Source: Basidiobolus meristosporus CBS 931.73 (lineage: Eukaryota; Fungi; Basidiobolomycota). Taken from it: a DNA stretch of 64,000 nt. The stretch spans positions 1-64,000 of the forward strand of contig MCFE01000284.1 of assembly GCA_002104905.1 (NCBI GenBank), in the 5' to 3' direction. A model generated the notes under the pieces. The model had not been told where the DNA came from and ran no database searches. It saw nothing but the letters and a program-made list of their open reading frames with translations. A program made the translations under genes and the position numbers. The first letter of the stretch is position 1. Each line of letters starts with the position of its first letter. Positions 36,598 through 51,020 of the stretch are shown in pieces.

Positions 36598-39500
36598 TGG
36601 TGTAGAAACTTGTAGTTCTACCTAGATAGTTGCCTAGCTTGGTCACATAGATTATGACTTACAAGTCATATAGAATACTAATCAAATTTCTTGTTGTGAT
36701 TTACATAGAATATTTTCACCAAAATACCAGACACCTAGATCATGAAAATTAGATAATCTGTCCAAACAGCCCCAAACCTTGCACATATGTTCTTGGGGCC
36801 CTCCTAAATCTATTCCATGTAACTGTAATGCCAAGATTATGTAAAAGTATAAAACTACATTTACCTTCAATAAATAATTAAGTCAAAACCACACAATCTA
36901 CTTTCTCTACCAATCATCTGAAATACCTCCATAGCTCTTACAACAGGTTTTGAGCCCCAAGCTGTCACTCCCTGCAAGGTCTAATACTACCAATACTGGA
37001 ATTTTTCACTCTGCTAAAAGGTTTGGGAGATCTAGCTACCAAGTGTGGAAGGGGAAGATGAAGATGCTACCACAATTGACATACTTCTATCACCTCAACT
37101 TTATGGATTTTTAATGTGTTACTTGCAAAGTTACCATAAACCTTGTGCTACTGGTAACATATATATCTTGCAAACATATGCTTGGTTGTCACCACTTTTG
37201 TCATGAATACCTCCTGAATATCTGCAAAGAGCTTCTTGGTATTTAGTCAATATATTCCTTCTCCCTGCTGAACTCTAGTCCCCCTTATAGGTGTGCTCTG
37301 GCTCTTTTTAATCTGAATTCTGTATTGAATGGTGTAGAAATTGGCTTGTGGCCAAGAGAAACCCAGCATATCTTGGTAAAGTTTTCCTAATAAAAATTAG
37401 TTGCTTGTGGTACTCAACCCAACTTTGCATCACTTAACTGAGTACCTACACAATGGGGCTGCTTAGCTTCTGAATGCCATAGGCATAGGTGCTTCCATGT
37501 GCACATCTGTACTCACTAATTCCCAATGCTTCCTGGCTGTCCTCCATATGCCAACTCATCACATCCATGGCAGACCTGAAGGTAACATTCTAGATGAGAT
37601 TGGGATATGGCAGTACCTGAAACTTGACTTGTGCTCCTATCTCCCCACACATCTGCTCCATAGGAAACTTCCAAAAGGTGAAACAAGGTCCAATATTCTC
37701 AACACACAAGGCAAGATGCAGTAGAGAATGGATACAGTAATGACAGAGACCTACACATTCAGCTTTATGCTAGTTGTATAGCCTGTCATCACAGTTCCCT
37801 ACAAGAGTCCTGTGGCCTGGGTTTGGAAGTTTAGGTTGTAGCAGGCAACAGTGATCACACTATTCAACAAGTTGGTAAATTGATAAAAGAGATGTTGATT
37901 TATTGTTGAGGGATTGCCTCCCTTATAAACTTTCCTCACTGGCTAAGTCATTACTAATCATTGTGCTTCAGATGGTTCTAGATGTCAAATAGAAATCTTA
38001 AAGACATCAGAATGAGCTAAGAATGTTCTAAGTAGGTGCCAGAAGCTTCTAAGAGGCACAGTACACCCAACCAATCACAAATCTGTATTCTGAAGTCTGT
38101 GTGCTATAGGAATACCATATATGGTATGTAAATGGTAGGGACAGTGACACAGTTGGTCATATATCACAGGTACTGGTGCAGGTACCTACCTAATATTGAG
38201 GCACTCACATCAAGTACTCTTACATGAAGTGAGGGATATCTTATGCATTAAGGTAAGCAGGTGTGATAGTCAGCTGGCTTATGGGATAGTACTCACCAAG
38301 TAAGACAAATAGGATAAACCTAATATAAGGGTAATAGAAAAATAGGGATGTTGAATATATGGGAATGAGCACATCTGTAAGTGGGTGTCAATGGGACCCC
38401 ACTACAATGTGGATCTACTACATGGAGAGAAAGGATGAAGCTCTGTGTAAGTTCAGGGAGCTTGAGGCCATTATGGTGTGAGAAGCTTGTGAAAAAAATC
38501 AAAAAAATATGCTCTGAAAGTGGTGAAGAATGTGCCTCAAACTCTTCATCCACTTCTGCTAAATTCATATGATACAGTAAGTGACAACTGTATCATGCTT
38601 CCCACAGCAAATGGAGTAGCAGAATGTGCAAGCAGAGCAATAATATATATGGCAAACTCTAAGATCCATGATCAAAAATAATCCTATGATTATTGAGCAG
38701 AATCTGTTGCCACAGCTATATACCATTAAATAGGAGTCATAATAGATTATATTGTGCTTTTGCTCCATTTGGAGTATGATAAGAATACAGACCAAGTGCA
38801 AACATCTAAAAATATTTGGGTGTGCAGCATATGCCAAGAAACTGCCTGGAAATCAGTCAAATTTGAGCCAAATAGCATAAAATGCATATTCTTGGGCTAC
38901 TGCAATGAGATTAAAGCATATGTACTCTACAAGACTAAAGCAAAGAAGCTGATCAAGTCCAGGGATGAGTTGTCTGATGAAAACTCATTTTCACAAAGAA
39001 AGACATCACATGATGACAAAAACTTGATCACCAGTCCACCAATGGTCAGGATTGAAATCAATCAAAACAATGAAAGGTTCTAACTCCAGAGGATTCTACA
39101 ACCATGGCTCAGCCCAAATCAGTGCCCAGGAAAATCCCAGAAGTGATCATCGCAGTATCAAAGGCCCAGAGATTGAACTGGACAAGAAATAGCCCAAATT
39201 ACTATATCAATGAGGGTACAAACTTAACCTAGGCCCATTCAGTCCATAATGATGAGCACTAGACTGTGAAAGAGGCCCTAAATAGCCCTCAGATGAAGTT
39301 TTGGACATTTGCAATGACTGAGGAATATCAGGCCCCAATGGAGAATCAAACTTGGGACTTAATCAAATTACCAATCAACCAGAGATCAATTGGATGCAGA
39401 TGAGTCTTTATGACAAAGTACAAGGCTGATGCTACAATTGAAAGATACCAAACAGGACTTGTGGCCAAAGGATACTCTCAAACAAAAGGACTTGACTACA

Positions 39501-39873
39501 CTGAGACCTTTGCACCTGTTGCCAAGTTTAATTCCTTCAGATTGATATTGGTTATTGCAGCCAAATATTAGTTTTTTATACATCAAATGGATGTAAAAAC
39601 TACATATTTGAATGGAGAACTTGATGAGAATGTTTATATGAACCAGCCTGATTGATTTGCTGACCAAGATAACCCGCAATTGGTCTGCAAGCTTAAAAAG
39701 TCTCTATATGAACTCATCAATCACAGAGAGCCTGGAATTGCAAAATAGATTCTTATTTGAAATCTTTGAGTTTCAGAAGGAGTAACACAGACTATAGTAC
39801 ATACTATAAGCCATATAGAACAAATCCAATTTGATTAGCTCTATATGTAGATGATTGTATTATAGCCACCAAT

Positions 39874-42800
39874 TGTTGTAAAAGTCTGTAATTCCACCTA
39901 AATACTCACCTAACTTGGTAACTTAGCTCATTACCTTATAATCCTAGGGAATACTGACCAAATTCCTTGTTGGGATCTACTTGGAATATTCTCACCAAAA
40001 TACCAGGTACCCACAACATCAAAATTAGATAAGTTGTCCAAACAGTCCCAAGCTTTGCACACATGCTCTTGGAACCTTCCTTAACCTATTCTACATGCTT
40101 CTAATGCTGAGACCATGTAAAAGTATGAATACTACTATTACATTCAATAAAACATTGAGTGAAAACCACATAATCTACTTGTTCTCCAGATCACTTCCAA
40201 TATCTCCAAGACTCTTACAACAGGTTATGAGCCCAAAGTTGTCACTCTCTGCAATGTCTACTATTGCTATGACTGGAATTCTTCCCTCTGCTGAAAAGTT
40301 GGATGAATTTAACTACCAATTGTAGAAGGTGAAGATGAAGATGCTGCCACAAGAGAGAGACCTTTGAGATATTGTTATGGGAGAAGAATGCCCTCCTAAA
40401 AATATTGGAGAGGAAGCCTTAAAGTACCAGTAGAAAGAACAGAGTGCCTTCAACTGCATTTGCCTTAGTATTAAAGACAAATTGCTAATTCAATGTTTAA
40501 GAGCAAAAACAGCAAAGAATACCTGCAAGGCATTAGAGGACACCTACCAGTCATGTTTAGCTGCTAAGAATATGTATATGAGACAAAAATTCTATACTGC
40601 AAAGATGCAGCTGGGAGAAGAAATGAAAAATCTAATTAATAGAATTACCCTGCTGGTGGATGAGATGGAATCTGTGGGCATACCAACTACTAGTGAGGAT
40701 GTGATAGTACCCATTCTGAATAGCCTGACAGCCACATTTCAGGGCCTTGTATCAGTCCTAGAGTCCAGAACTGAAGATTTGACCTTGAATTACAAATATG
40801 GAAGGCTCCTGGATAAATAACTAAGAAAATCAAGTTTCAATAAGAAGGAAGAAGAAAATGCTTCAATAATCAATGATAACCAACAAAGCAGGTACCCAAG
40901 GCCCTACTAAGGCAACAGCAACCTGTTTTGCAACTACTGCAAAAGGAAAGGACACTCATCAGACCATTTTCTCAAAAAGTGAGATAATCAGCAAAAGAAG
41001 CCTGAATATGGAACTACTGCAACAACTGAAGACAGACTATTCTTTGCTGCTCTAAATATGACCACAAGCAAGGATTCTCAGACATGGCATATTAACTCTG
41101 GAGTATCTCAGCACTTTACATACCAAAAAGAACTTTTTACTCAACACTATGGAAGTCCAATTAAGAAGGTTTTCATGGGTAACAATAGAGCACTTGATGC
41201 AGTGGGGGAAGGAACTATCAAAGTGAACCCTAAAAACAGTGAAGGAAGTCATACACTGACCTGTTAAGAAGTACTCTATGTACCAGAAATGGCCAAGAAC
41301 CTACTATCTGAAAGCAAGGCCACAGCAGAAGGACTCAGTTTCAGCTTTGATAATTATGGATGCAGCATCAATGATCCTAATGGAGCCTGTATTGCTTTGG
41401 GTATCAGAGATCATAATCTATACAAGCTGACTTATATATCATCATATCTGGCAGCCAATATAAGTAACGTACATGAGAAAACACCAATGCTTTGGCACAG
41501 GAGATTTGGGCACATCAATTTTGATTATTTGTGCACAATGATCAAAGATCAGCTAATTTCTGGAGTAAAAATTGATCCCCCAGCTGATTGGGGTACTCTG
41601 AAGCCAGCATATATGGGAAATAAGCAAGACAATTATTCAAGAGCTCTGGGTTAATTAAAACTAAGAAAAAGTAGATCTTACTCACTCAGATCTGTGTGGA
41701 TCTACCCAAAATATCCCTTGAGCAGGATAGTGTATTTAATCACTTTTACTCATGAATATGCAAGATAGACATGGGTCTACTTCACAGAGAGAAAGTAAGA
41801 AGCTCTGCTTAAGTTCAGGGAGTTTAAAGCCATGGTGGAGATAGAAACTGGTGAGAAAATCAGGAAAATATGCCCCAACAATGGTGGAGGGTATATCTAA
41901 AAACTCTTCATCCACTTTTTTTGAGAGTAAAGCATACAGACTCTACAGTACTAAAGCAAAGAAGCTAATCAGTCCAGGGATGTGTTGTTAGATGAAAGCT
42001 TAAAATTTTCACAAAAAATGACATTGGAAGATGATAAAAATCTGATCTCAAGTCCACTAATGGTCAGGATTGAATCAGATCAAAACAATGAAGCCTTTTT
42101 CACTCCAGAGGACACTACAACCATGGTTCAGCCAAAATCAGTGCCCAGGAAAATCCCAAAAGTGATCATTCCAGTATTAAATGCCATAGATCCAACCAGA
42201 CCAGAAATAGCCCAAATACTATATCAATGAGGGTACAAACTTAGCCTATACCTATTCAGTCCATATTGGTGAGCCCCGGACTGTAAAAGAGGCCCTAGAT
42301 AGCCCTCAGACAAAGTTTTGGAGATCCATAATGACTGAGGTATATCAGGCCCTGATGGAAAATCAAACTTGGGACTTAATCAAATTACCAATCAACCAGA
42401 AATCAATTGAATGCAGATGGGCCTTTAAGACTAAGTACAAGGCTGATGGTAAAGTTGAAAGATACCAAGCAAGGCTTGTGGCTAAAAGATACTCTCAAAT
42501 AAAAGGACTTGACTGCACTGAGACCTTTGCACCGGTTGCCAAGTTTAATTCCTTCAGATTGATATTAGACTTGTTCCATTGGATAGTGCCACATTGAGCC
42601 ATGAGTGCCAAATGATGCCATAGTGTGCCAGAGAGGCCAAGTGAGCCTATACTTGGCCACAGAGTGTGAAACATGGATCTGCATCCTCATGCAAAGCAGC
42701 CCCTGTGTTTCACCTATGATGTAGGAGAAAATCCATTTTTTGACGTTTTTTTGTGGATCAGTGTTATGCAGGATGTCTAAGAGCACAGAAGAACTGAAGA

Positions 42801-44936
42801 CATGCATCAGGTACTCAATACTCATGGCACTCTGAATCTAGCTCCTGTGGCTTGTAACATGTCACAACAATGCATGGCACTATCTTGGTCCACTGGTACT
42901 CTCTGCAACTATAATTAATTATTAGCCCTAAAGTAAGATCTATATAAAGCACTTATAGTGCCAGATAGTACCAGTGGACCAAGATAGTGCCATGCATTGT
43001 TGTGACATGTTACAAGCCACAGGAGCTAGATTCAGAGTGCCATGGGTATTGAGTACCAAATGCATATTTTCAATCCTTTTGTGCTCTTACACATCCTGCA
43101 CAACATTGACCTAAAAAAAAAGGTCAGAAAATGGATTTTCTCCAACACAATTGGTGAAACACAGGGGCTGCTTTGCGTGAAGATGCAGATCTATGTTTCA
43201 CACTCTGTGGCCAAATATAGGCTCACTTAGCCTCCCTGGCACACTATGGCATCATTTGGCACTCATGGCTCAATATGGCACTATCCAACGGAACAAGTCT
43301 ATTGGCTATTGTAGCCCTATATTGGTTTTTTAATCATCAAGTGGATGTAGAAACTACATATTTGAATGGAGAACTTGATGTGGATGTGTATATAGACCAG
43401 CCTGACAGGTTTTCTGCCTAAGACAGCTCCCATATTGGTCTACAAGCTTCAAGAATCTATATATGGTCTCAAACAATCACCAAGAGCCTAGAAATGCAAG
43501 AGAGATTTTTATTTGGAATCTTTGAATTTCAAAAGGAGTAATGCTGACTCTAGTATATACTATAAGCCAGATAGAGCAAATCCAGCTCTATTAGCTCTAT
43601 ATGTGGATAGTCTTATTATAGCTGCCAATAACCTTGCAACATTGGAAGAGACTAAATCCATCCTATCTAAGGAGTTCAAGATGTATAATCTAGGAGAACT
43701 CAGTTACTACTTTGGGATTAAGTTCTCCATAGACAGAAGTACCTAGACTATCACTCTAAGTCAGTCCAAGTATATTCAAAATATACTAAAGTACCAAATG
43801 GAAGACTGTAAACTGGCAGCTACCCCAATGACAATAAACCTTAACTTAATCAAAACTCAACCAAATCAAGAGAGCTTGGTCACATTTGAAAGCCCTGACT
43901 TTCCTTATCAGTCTATGGCTGGCAGTCTGATGTATAGCATGCTTGTAACATGTCCAGATATCTCATATTCAGTGGGAGTTGTCAGCCAGCATAATCAGAA
44001 CTATGGATCTAATCATATTGCTGCAGTTAAGCGGATTTTTAGGTACTTGAAAGGAACTGCTGATATCTGCTTAAGATACACTTATAAGGATTCAGAACAG
44101 GATCTTGGGGGATATGCTGATGATGATTGAGGATAAAACTTGGAAGGCAGAGGATCCACCACAGGATACAGTTTTCTTTACTGTAAAGGAGCAATTTCAT
44201 ATAATTTAAGAAAGCAACCAACTGTAGCACTCTCAACCACAGAGGCAGAGTATATGGCAGCCTGTGAAGTTACAAAAGAAGCAACAGGGCTAAGAAAGCT
44301 TTTTACAGACTGGGCCCTCTGTCAAAAAACACGTATTACTTTATTTCAGGATAATCAGGAATATATACTATCAGGTAGAAATCCAACTTTTCATGCTAGA
44401 ACCAAGCACATAGATATTAGACATCATTTTATATGTGAAGATATAGAGAATATCTTAGTAAGCTTAGTTTACTGTCCTTCAGAAGAAATGATTGCAGAAA
44501 TACTTACCAAGCCATTAGCTAGAGACAAGCTTGAATATCTTAGGTCAAAATTAGGGCTATTCAGTATGAACATTCAACTCAGTGGGAGTGTTACAAACAT
44601 CTCTAATTCCACCTAAATACTCACCTAACTTAGTCACTTAGATCATTACCTTCAAATCATAGGGGATACTGACCAAATTCCTTGTTGGTATTTACCTGCA
44701 ATATTTCACCAAAACACCAGGCACATAGAACATCAAAATTAGATAAGTTGTCCAAGCAGCCCCCAACTTTGCACACATGCTCATGGGACCTTCCTTTGCT
44801 TATTCTATGTGCTTGTAATGCCAAGACCATGTAAAAGTATAAGTACTACTTTTACTTTCAATAAATCATTAAGTGAAACCCACATAATCTACTTGTTTTC
44901 CCAGTAACTTCCAATATCTCCAAGACTCTTACAACA
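39874..44936 (+). mobile_element. Copia family 2, copy H, structurally full length, in the RT of copy I
   Basis: TSD CCAAT at 39869-39873 and 44937-44941. LTRs at 39874-40222 and 44589-44936; PBS GGTTATGAGCCC at 40223-40234; PPT AGTGGGAG. Fragmented gag, protease (WHINSGVSQH), integrase, RT and RNase H ORFs. Confidence 0.94.
42567..43300. mobile_element. 734-bp foldback element, copy 3 (inverted relative to copy 1)
   Basis: Same length and termini as copy 1. ATT at 42564-42566 and 43301-43303. Removal restores the RT sequence GATTGATATTGG seen at ~39540. The spacer is the reverse complement of the copy 1 spacer. Confidence 0.93.
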
Positions 44937-45677
44937 CCAATAGTCTATAAAATTGGGAGACTAAGTGCAGCCTATCAAAGGAGTTAAGATGTCTGATTGA
45001 GGAAAGCTCAGTAACTACTTAGGGATCAAGTTCTCCATAGACAGAAGTACCCAGACTATCACCCTAAGCCAATCCAAGTATATTCAAGATATACTAAAGT
45101 AGTACCAAATGCAAGACTGTAAACTGGCAGCTACCCCATTGGAGACAAACCTTGAATTAGACAAAACTCAACCAAGCCCAAGAGAGCTTGGTGACATCTG
45201 AAAGCCCTGACTTTCCTTATCAATCTATGGCTGGGAATTTGATGTATATTATGCTTGGAACATATCCATATATCTCATTTTCAGCTGGAATTGCCAGCCA
45301 GCACAATCAGAACTATGGATCTGATCATATTACAGCAGTTACATGGACTTTTAGATATCTAAAAGGAACCGCTGATATCTGCTCAAGGTGCACCAAAAAG
45401 AATTCAGACACAATCTTGTGAGAAACTCTGATGCTGATTGGGGACAAAATTTAGATGACAGATGATCCTCCATGGGATATACTTTTGTTTGCTGTAGAGG
45501 AGCAATTTCATGGAACTCAAGAAAGCAACCCACTGTAGCACTTTCTACCTCAGAGGCAGAGTATATGGAAGCTTGTGAAGCTATCAGAGCAGCAATCTGG
45601 TTAAGGAAGCTTTTTAAGGATTTAGACTTATATCAAAAAATGCCTTATACTTTCTTTCAAGATAGTAAATTATATAC

Positions 45678-48600
45678 TGTTGTACAAGTCTTAGAGAAAT
45701 TGAAAGTGACTGGGAGGACAAGTAGATTATGTGGTTCTCACTTAATGAGTTATTGAATGTAAAAGTAGTATTTATACTTTTACATGGTCTTGGCATAACA
45801 AACATGCAGAATAAACTAAGAAAGGTCCCAAAAGCATGTGTGCAAAGTTTGGGGCTGTTTGGACCACTTTGAGAATATTCATGTTCTGGGTATCTGGTAT
45901 TATGGTGAAATATTCCAAGTAAATACCAAAATGGAATTTGGTCAGTATTCTGTAGGATTTGTAGGTAACAATCTAAGTGACTAAGTTAGGTGAGTATTTA
46001 GGTGGAATACACATGCTTACAACACTCCCACTCAGCTAAATGCTCATACTGACTAGTCCTAATTTTGACCCAAGATATTCAAGTTTGTCTCTAGCTAATG
46101 GTTTGGGAAGTATATCTGCAATTATTTCATCTGAAGGACAGTAAACTAAGCTTACTAAGATTTCTTCAATAGCTTCACATATGAAATGATGTCAAATATC
46201 CATGTTTTTAGTTCTAGCATAAATGTTGGATTTCTACCTATTTGTATACATCCTTGATTATCTAAAAATCCGCTTAACAGCTGCATTATGATCGGATCCA
46301 TAGTTCTGATTATGCTGGCTGACTACTCCCACAGAATATGATATATCTGAATGTGTTCCAAGCATGATATACATCAGACTGCCAACCATAGATTGATAAG
46401 GAAAGCTGGGGCTTTCAGATGGCACCAAGCTTTCTTGACTTAATTGATTTTAGTCTCTTCCAATGCTTCTAGGTTATTGGTGGCTATAAGATCATCCACA
46501 TAGAGAGCTAATAGAGCTGGATTTGCTCTATCTAGCTAATAGTAGATACTATTGTCAGCATTACTCCTTTTGAAACTGAAAGATTACAAATAAGAATCTA
46601 TCTTGCAATTCCAGGCTCTTGGTGATTGTTTGAGACCATAAAGAGACTTTTTCAGCTTGCAGACCAAATGAGGGCAATCTTGGCCAACAAGCCCATTGGA
46701 CTGGTGCTTACACACATCCTCATTAAGTTCTTTATCCAAAAATGCAGTTTTTACATCCATTTGATGAATAAAAACTTATATTTGGCTGCAATAACCAATA
46801 TCAATCTGATGAAATTAAACTTGGCAACCAGTGCAAAGGTCTCAGTGTAGTCAAATTCTGTTGTTTGAGAGTATCCTTTGGCCACAAGTCTTGCTTGGTA
46901 TCTTTCAATTGTACCATTAGCCTTCTCTCTTGTCTTGAAGACCCATCTACATCCAATTGATTTCTGGTTGATTGGCAATTTGACCAAGTCCCAAGTTTGT
47001 TTTCCATCAGGGCCTGATATTCTTCAGTCATTGCGGATCTCCAAAACTTTGTCTGAGGGCTATTTAGGGCCTCTTGTACAGTCTGGGGTGCATCAATATG
47101 GACTGAATAGGTATAGGCCTAGTTTGTATCCTCATAGATGTAGTAATATGGGCTATATCTTGTCTGATTGGATCTTTGGGCATCTGATACTGGAATGATT
47201 ATCTCTGGGATATTCCTGGGCACTGTCTCAAGCTGGGCCACAGCTGTAGAGTCCTCTGGAGTGAAGCAACTTTCATTGTTTTGCTCTGATTCAATCCTGA
47301 CAATTGGTGGACTTGAGATCAGATTTTTGTCACCATCTGATGTCATTTTTTGCAAATATTTTGAATTTTCATCAAACAACACATCCCTGGACTTGATAAG
47401 CTTCTTTGCTCTGGTATTGTAGAGTCTGTATGCTTTACTCTCATTGCAGTAGCCCAAAAATATGCATTTTACACTTTTTGGCTGAAATTTTAACTGATTT
47501 CCCGGCAGTTTCTTAGCTTATGCTGTACACCCAAATATTCTTAGATGTCCTGCACTTGGTCTGTATCCATACCATGCTTCAAATGGAGTAGAATCATGAA
47601 GTATTTTGTTGTAACTCCTATTTTTAAGGTATAAAGCTGTAGCAATTGATTCCACCCAAAAATTATAGGATAATTTTTGATCATGGATCATAAATCTTGC
47701 CATATCAATTGTTGATCTGTTTGCATGTTCTGCTACTTCATTTTACTGTGGGGAGTATGGTACAATAGTCTCTTGCTTTATCCCATGAATTTTGCAGAAG
47801 TGGATGAAATGTTGTGAGTTAAATACTCCACCATTGTCAAGTCAAATTTTCTTAATTTTTTCACCAGTTTCTCTCTCCACCATGGCTTTAAACTTCCTGA
47901 GCTTAGACAGAGCTTCTTCCTTTCTCTCCAAGAAGTAGACCCATGTGTATCTTGTAAAATCATCAATGTTTCTTCATATAAGTTACTTATATTGGCTTCC
48001 AAATATGATGGAATATAAGTCAACTTGTATAGATTATGATCTCTGATACCCTAAGCAATATGGGCTCCATTTTGATCAGTAATCTTGCATCCAGAATTTT
48101 CAAAGCTGAAACTGAGTCCTCCTGCAGTAGCCTTGCTTACAGATAGTAGGTTCTTGGCTATTTCTGGTACATAGAGTACTTCTTTAATGGTCAGTGTATG
48201 GCTTCCTTCACTGTTTCTAAGGTTTACTTGAATAGCTCCTTCTCCCACTGCATCAAGTGTTCTATTGTCATGCATGAAAACCTTCTTAATTGGACTTTCT
48301 TGGTATTAGGCAAAAAGTACTTTATAGTATGCAAAGTGTTGACATACTCCAGAGTCAATATACCATGTCTGAGAATCCTTGTTTGTGGTTATATATAGTG
48401 CAGATATGAATAGTCTATCTTCAGTTGTTGCAGCATTTTCATATTCAGGTTTTTTCTGCTGATTATCTCTCTTTTTGAGGCACTGGTCTGATGTGTGTCC
48501 TTTCCTTTGCAGTAGCTACAAAACAGGTTGCTATTGCCCTTGAAAGGTCTTAGGTATCTCATTTGTTGGTTATAACTGCTTATTAAAGCATTTTCTTCTT

Positions 48601-49554
48601 CCTTCTTATTGGTTCTTGATTTTCTTAATTTTTCATCCAGGAGCCTTCTGTATATATAATTTATGGACAAATCTTCAGTTCTGGGCTCTAGGGCTGATAC
48701 AAGGCCCTGAAACTTGGCTGTCAGGCTATTCAGGATGGTTACTATGACATCCTCATTGGTAGTAGGTATTCCCACAGATTCCATCTCATCCACCAGCAGG
48801 GTATTTCTGTAAATTAGATTTTATTTCTTCTCCTGGCAGCATCTTTATAGTGAGGAATTTTTTCTCAGATACATTTTCTTAACAGCTGAACATGACAGGT
48901 AGGTGTGTTCTAATGCCTTCCAGGCATTCTTTGCTGTTTTTGCTCTTGAGCATTGATTAGCACTTTGTCTTTAACATTAAGGCAAATTCAGTTAAAGGCA
49001 CTTTGTTCTTTCTACTGGTACTTTAAGGCTTCCTCTCCCATATTTTTAGAAGGGCATTCTTCTCCCATGACAATATCCTAAAGGGTTCTTTCTTGTAGCA
49101 GCATCTTCATCTTCACCTTCCACACTTGGTAGTTAGATACATCCAACTTTTCAGCAGAGGGAAAAATTCCAGTAATAGCAGTAGTAGACATTGCAGAGAG
49201 TGACAGCTTGCGGCTCATAACCTGTAGTAAGAGTCTTGGAGATATTGGAAGTGACTGGGAGGACAGGCAGATTATGTTGTTTGCACTTAATATATGATTG
49301 AATGTAAAAGTAGTATTTATACTTTTGCATGGTCTTGGCATAACAAACATGTAGAATAGATTAAGGAAGGTCCTAAGAGCATGTGTGCAAAGTTTGGGGC
49401 TGCCTGGACAACTTACCTAATTTTCATGTTCTGGGTAAATATTTCAAGTAAATCCTGACAAGGAATTTGGTCAGTATTCTCTAGGATTTGAAGGTAATGA
49501 TCTAAGTGACCAAGTTAGGTGATTATTTAGGTGGAATTACAAGTTTCTACAACA
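45678..49554 (-). mobile_element. Copia family 2, copy J, antisense in the RNase H of copy I
   Basis: LTRs at 45678-46024 and 49223-49554; PBS at 49211-49222; PPT at 46025-46033. Flanks TATAC/TACAC (one mismatch). Internal deletions. Confidence 0.88.
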
Positions 49555-49594
49555 TACACAATTAAGTAGAAATCCAACTTTTCATGCTAGAACT

Positions 49595-49943
49595 TGTTGT
49601 AATTATTGAATTGTCACCTAAATATTCATGCTAACTTAGTCACATAGATCTTATTCTGTGATTAGCATTCTGTCCTGACTAGATTTCTTGTCGGGATTTA
49701 CTTAGAATATTTTCACCAAATTGTCAGGTACCCAGATTATTATTTTTCTCAAAGTCGTCCAAAAGACCCCAAACTTTGCACACATATTCTTGGGACCTTC
49801 CTTAACAAACTCTACACGTTTGTTTCCTCTACTTTATCAAAAGTATAAATACCATACTTTTGATCAATAAATCTACAAGTGAATAACATGTAAATCCTCT
49901 AGTTCTCCACATCACTTCCAATACTCCTCAGAATATTGCAACA
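49595..49943 (+). mobile_element. Family 2-like solo LTR K
   Basis: 349 bp, TG..CA, TSD GAACT at 49590-49594 and 49944-49948. Removal restores FHART|KYI. Confidence 0.9.
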
Positions 49944-50488
49944 GAACTAAGTACATAGTTATTAGACTTCATTACATATGTGAAGCTATAAATATTAACT
50001 TAGTTAACCTAGCTTACTGTCCTACAGATGAAATAATTGCAGACATAATTACCAAACCATTAGCCAGACACAAATTTGAATATCTTAGGTCAAAATTAGG
50101 ACTAGTTAGTATGAGCATTAATGGAGTGGGAGTGGCTGTAAAAGCTTGTAATTCCACCTAAATATTCACCTAACATAGTCACTTAGATCATTACCTACAA
50201 ATCCTAGAGAATACTGACCAAATTTGTTGTTGGGATTTACTTAAAATATTTGACCATAATACCAGATAACCAGAACATGAAAATTTAGAAAATTAGATAG
50301 GATGTCCCAACAGCCCCAAGCTTTGTACACATGTCATGGGACCATTTTAAACCTATGATATTTGTTTTCTATACCAAGACCATGTAAAGTGTAAATGCTA
50401 CTTTTGCATTCAATAAATCATTAAGTGAAAACCACAAAATCTACTTGTTCTCCAAGTCACTTCCAATATCTCCAAGACTCTTACAACA

Positions 50489-51020
50489 CTCTTTGCTGTT
50501 ATTGCTCCTGAGCATTGAACTAGCAGCTTGTTGTTGACTTCAAGGCAAATGCAGCTCAAAGTAAGTTGTTCTATTCTGTGGTACCTGAGAGCTTCTGCTA
50601 CAACATTGAGAAAGTATTCTTCTTCCATAATAACAGCCCAGTAGCTTCTTTTCTATAAAGCCATCCTCAGTTTCACCCACCAGACTTGGTTGCTGGAAGC
50701 ATCCAGCTTTTCAGCAGAGGGAGAAGCTCTAGTGATAGCAGTAGTAGACACCCCAGAGAGTGATGACTTAGGGCTCATAGCCTGTTATAGGAATTCAGGT
50801 GATGCACAAAGTGATTAGAAGGACAGGTATAACTCAAGAACATACATGCAAAGTTTGTGACTGTTTGGAAAATTTTGAGCTTTCATGTCCTGGGAACCTC
50901 ACATTTTGGTGAAATATTCCAAGTAAACCCCAACAAAGAATTTGGGCAGAATACATCAAGACTTGTAGCCTATGAACCAGGTGACTAAGCTAAGTAAATA
51001 TTTAGATGCAAATTTATCAG
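50489..51020 (-). mobile_element. Family 2 5' LTR remnant, PBS and gag start (right half of host M)
   Basis: PBS variant at 50771-50782; LTR from 50783; gag ..SPSAEKLDA..CICLEVNNKLLVQC.. Confidence 0.75.

Larger units (their letters stand above)
36598..50488 (+). mobile_element. Copia family 2, copy I (old host carrying H, J, K and other debris)
   Basis: 5' LTR at 36598-36945 plus PBS variant GGTTTTGAGCCC; integrase/RT at 38340-39873; RT/RNase H at 44942-45677, 49560-49594 and 49949-50130; 3' LTR at ~50133-50488. Flanks TTCAT/CTCTT each differ by one base from TTCTT, found at the homologous gag site of J. Confidence 0.75.

Noticed and set aside
49961-49969. ATTAGACTT resembling the foldback terminus
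   Set aside because: It is in-frame RNase H sequence of copy I (cf. ATTAGACAT at ~44416), with no further arm homology.
1-51000. RIP (repeat-induced point mutation) as the cause of decay
   Set aside because: Differences among copies include many transversions and indels, and CpA/TpG remain abundant. The clear signal is CpG loss. A formal dinucleotide index would be needed to exclude a weak RIP-like process.
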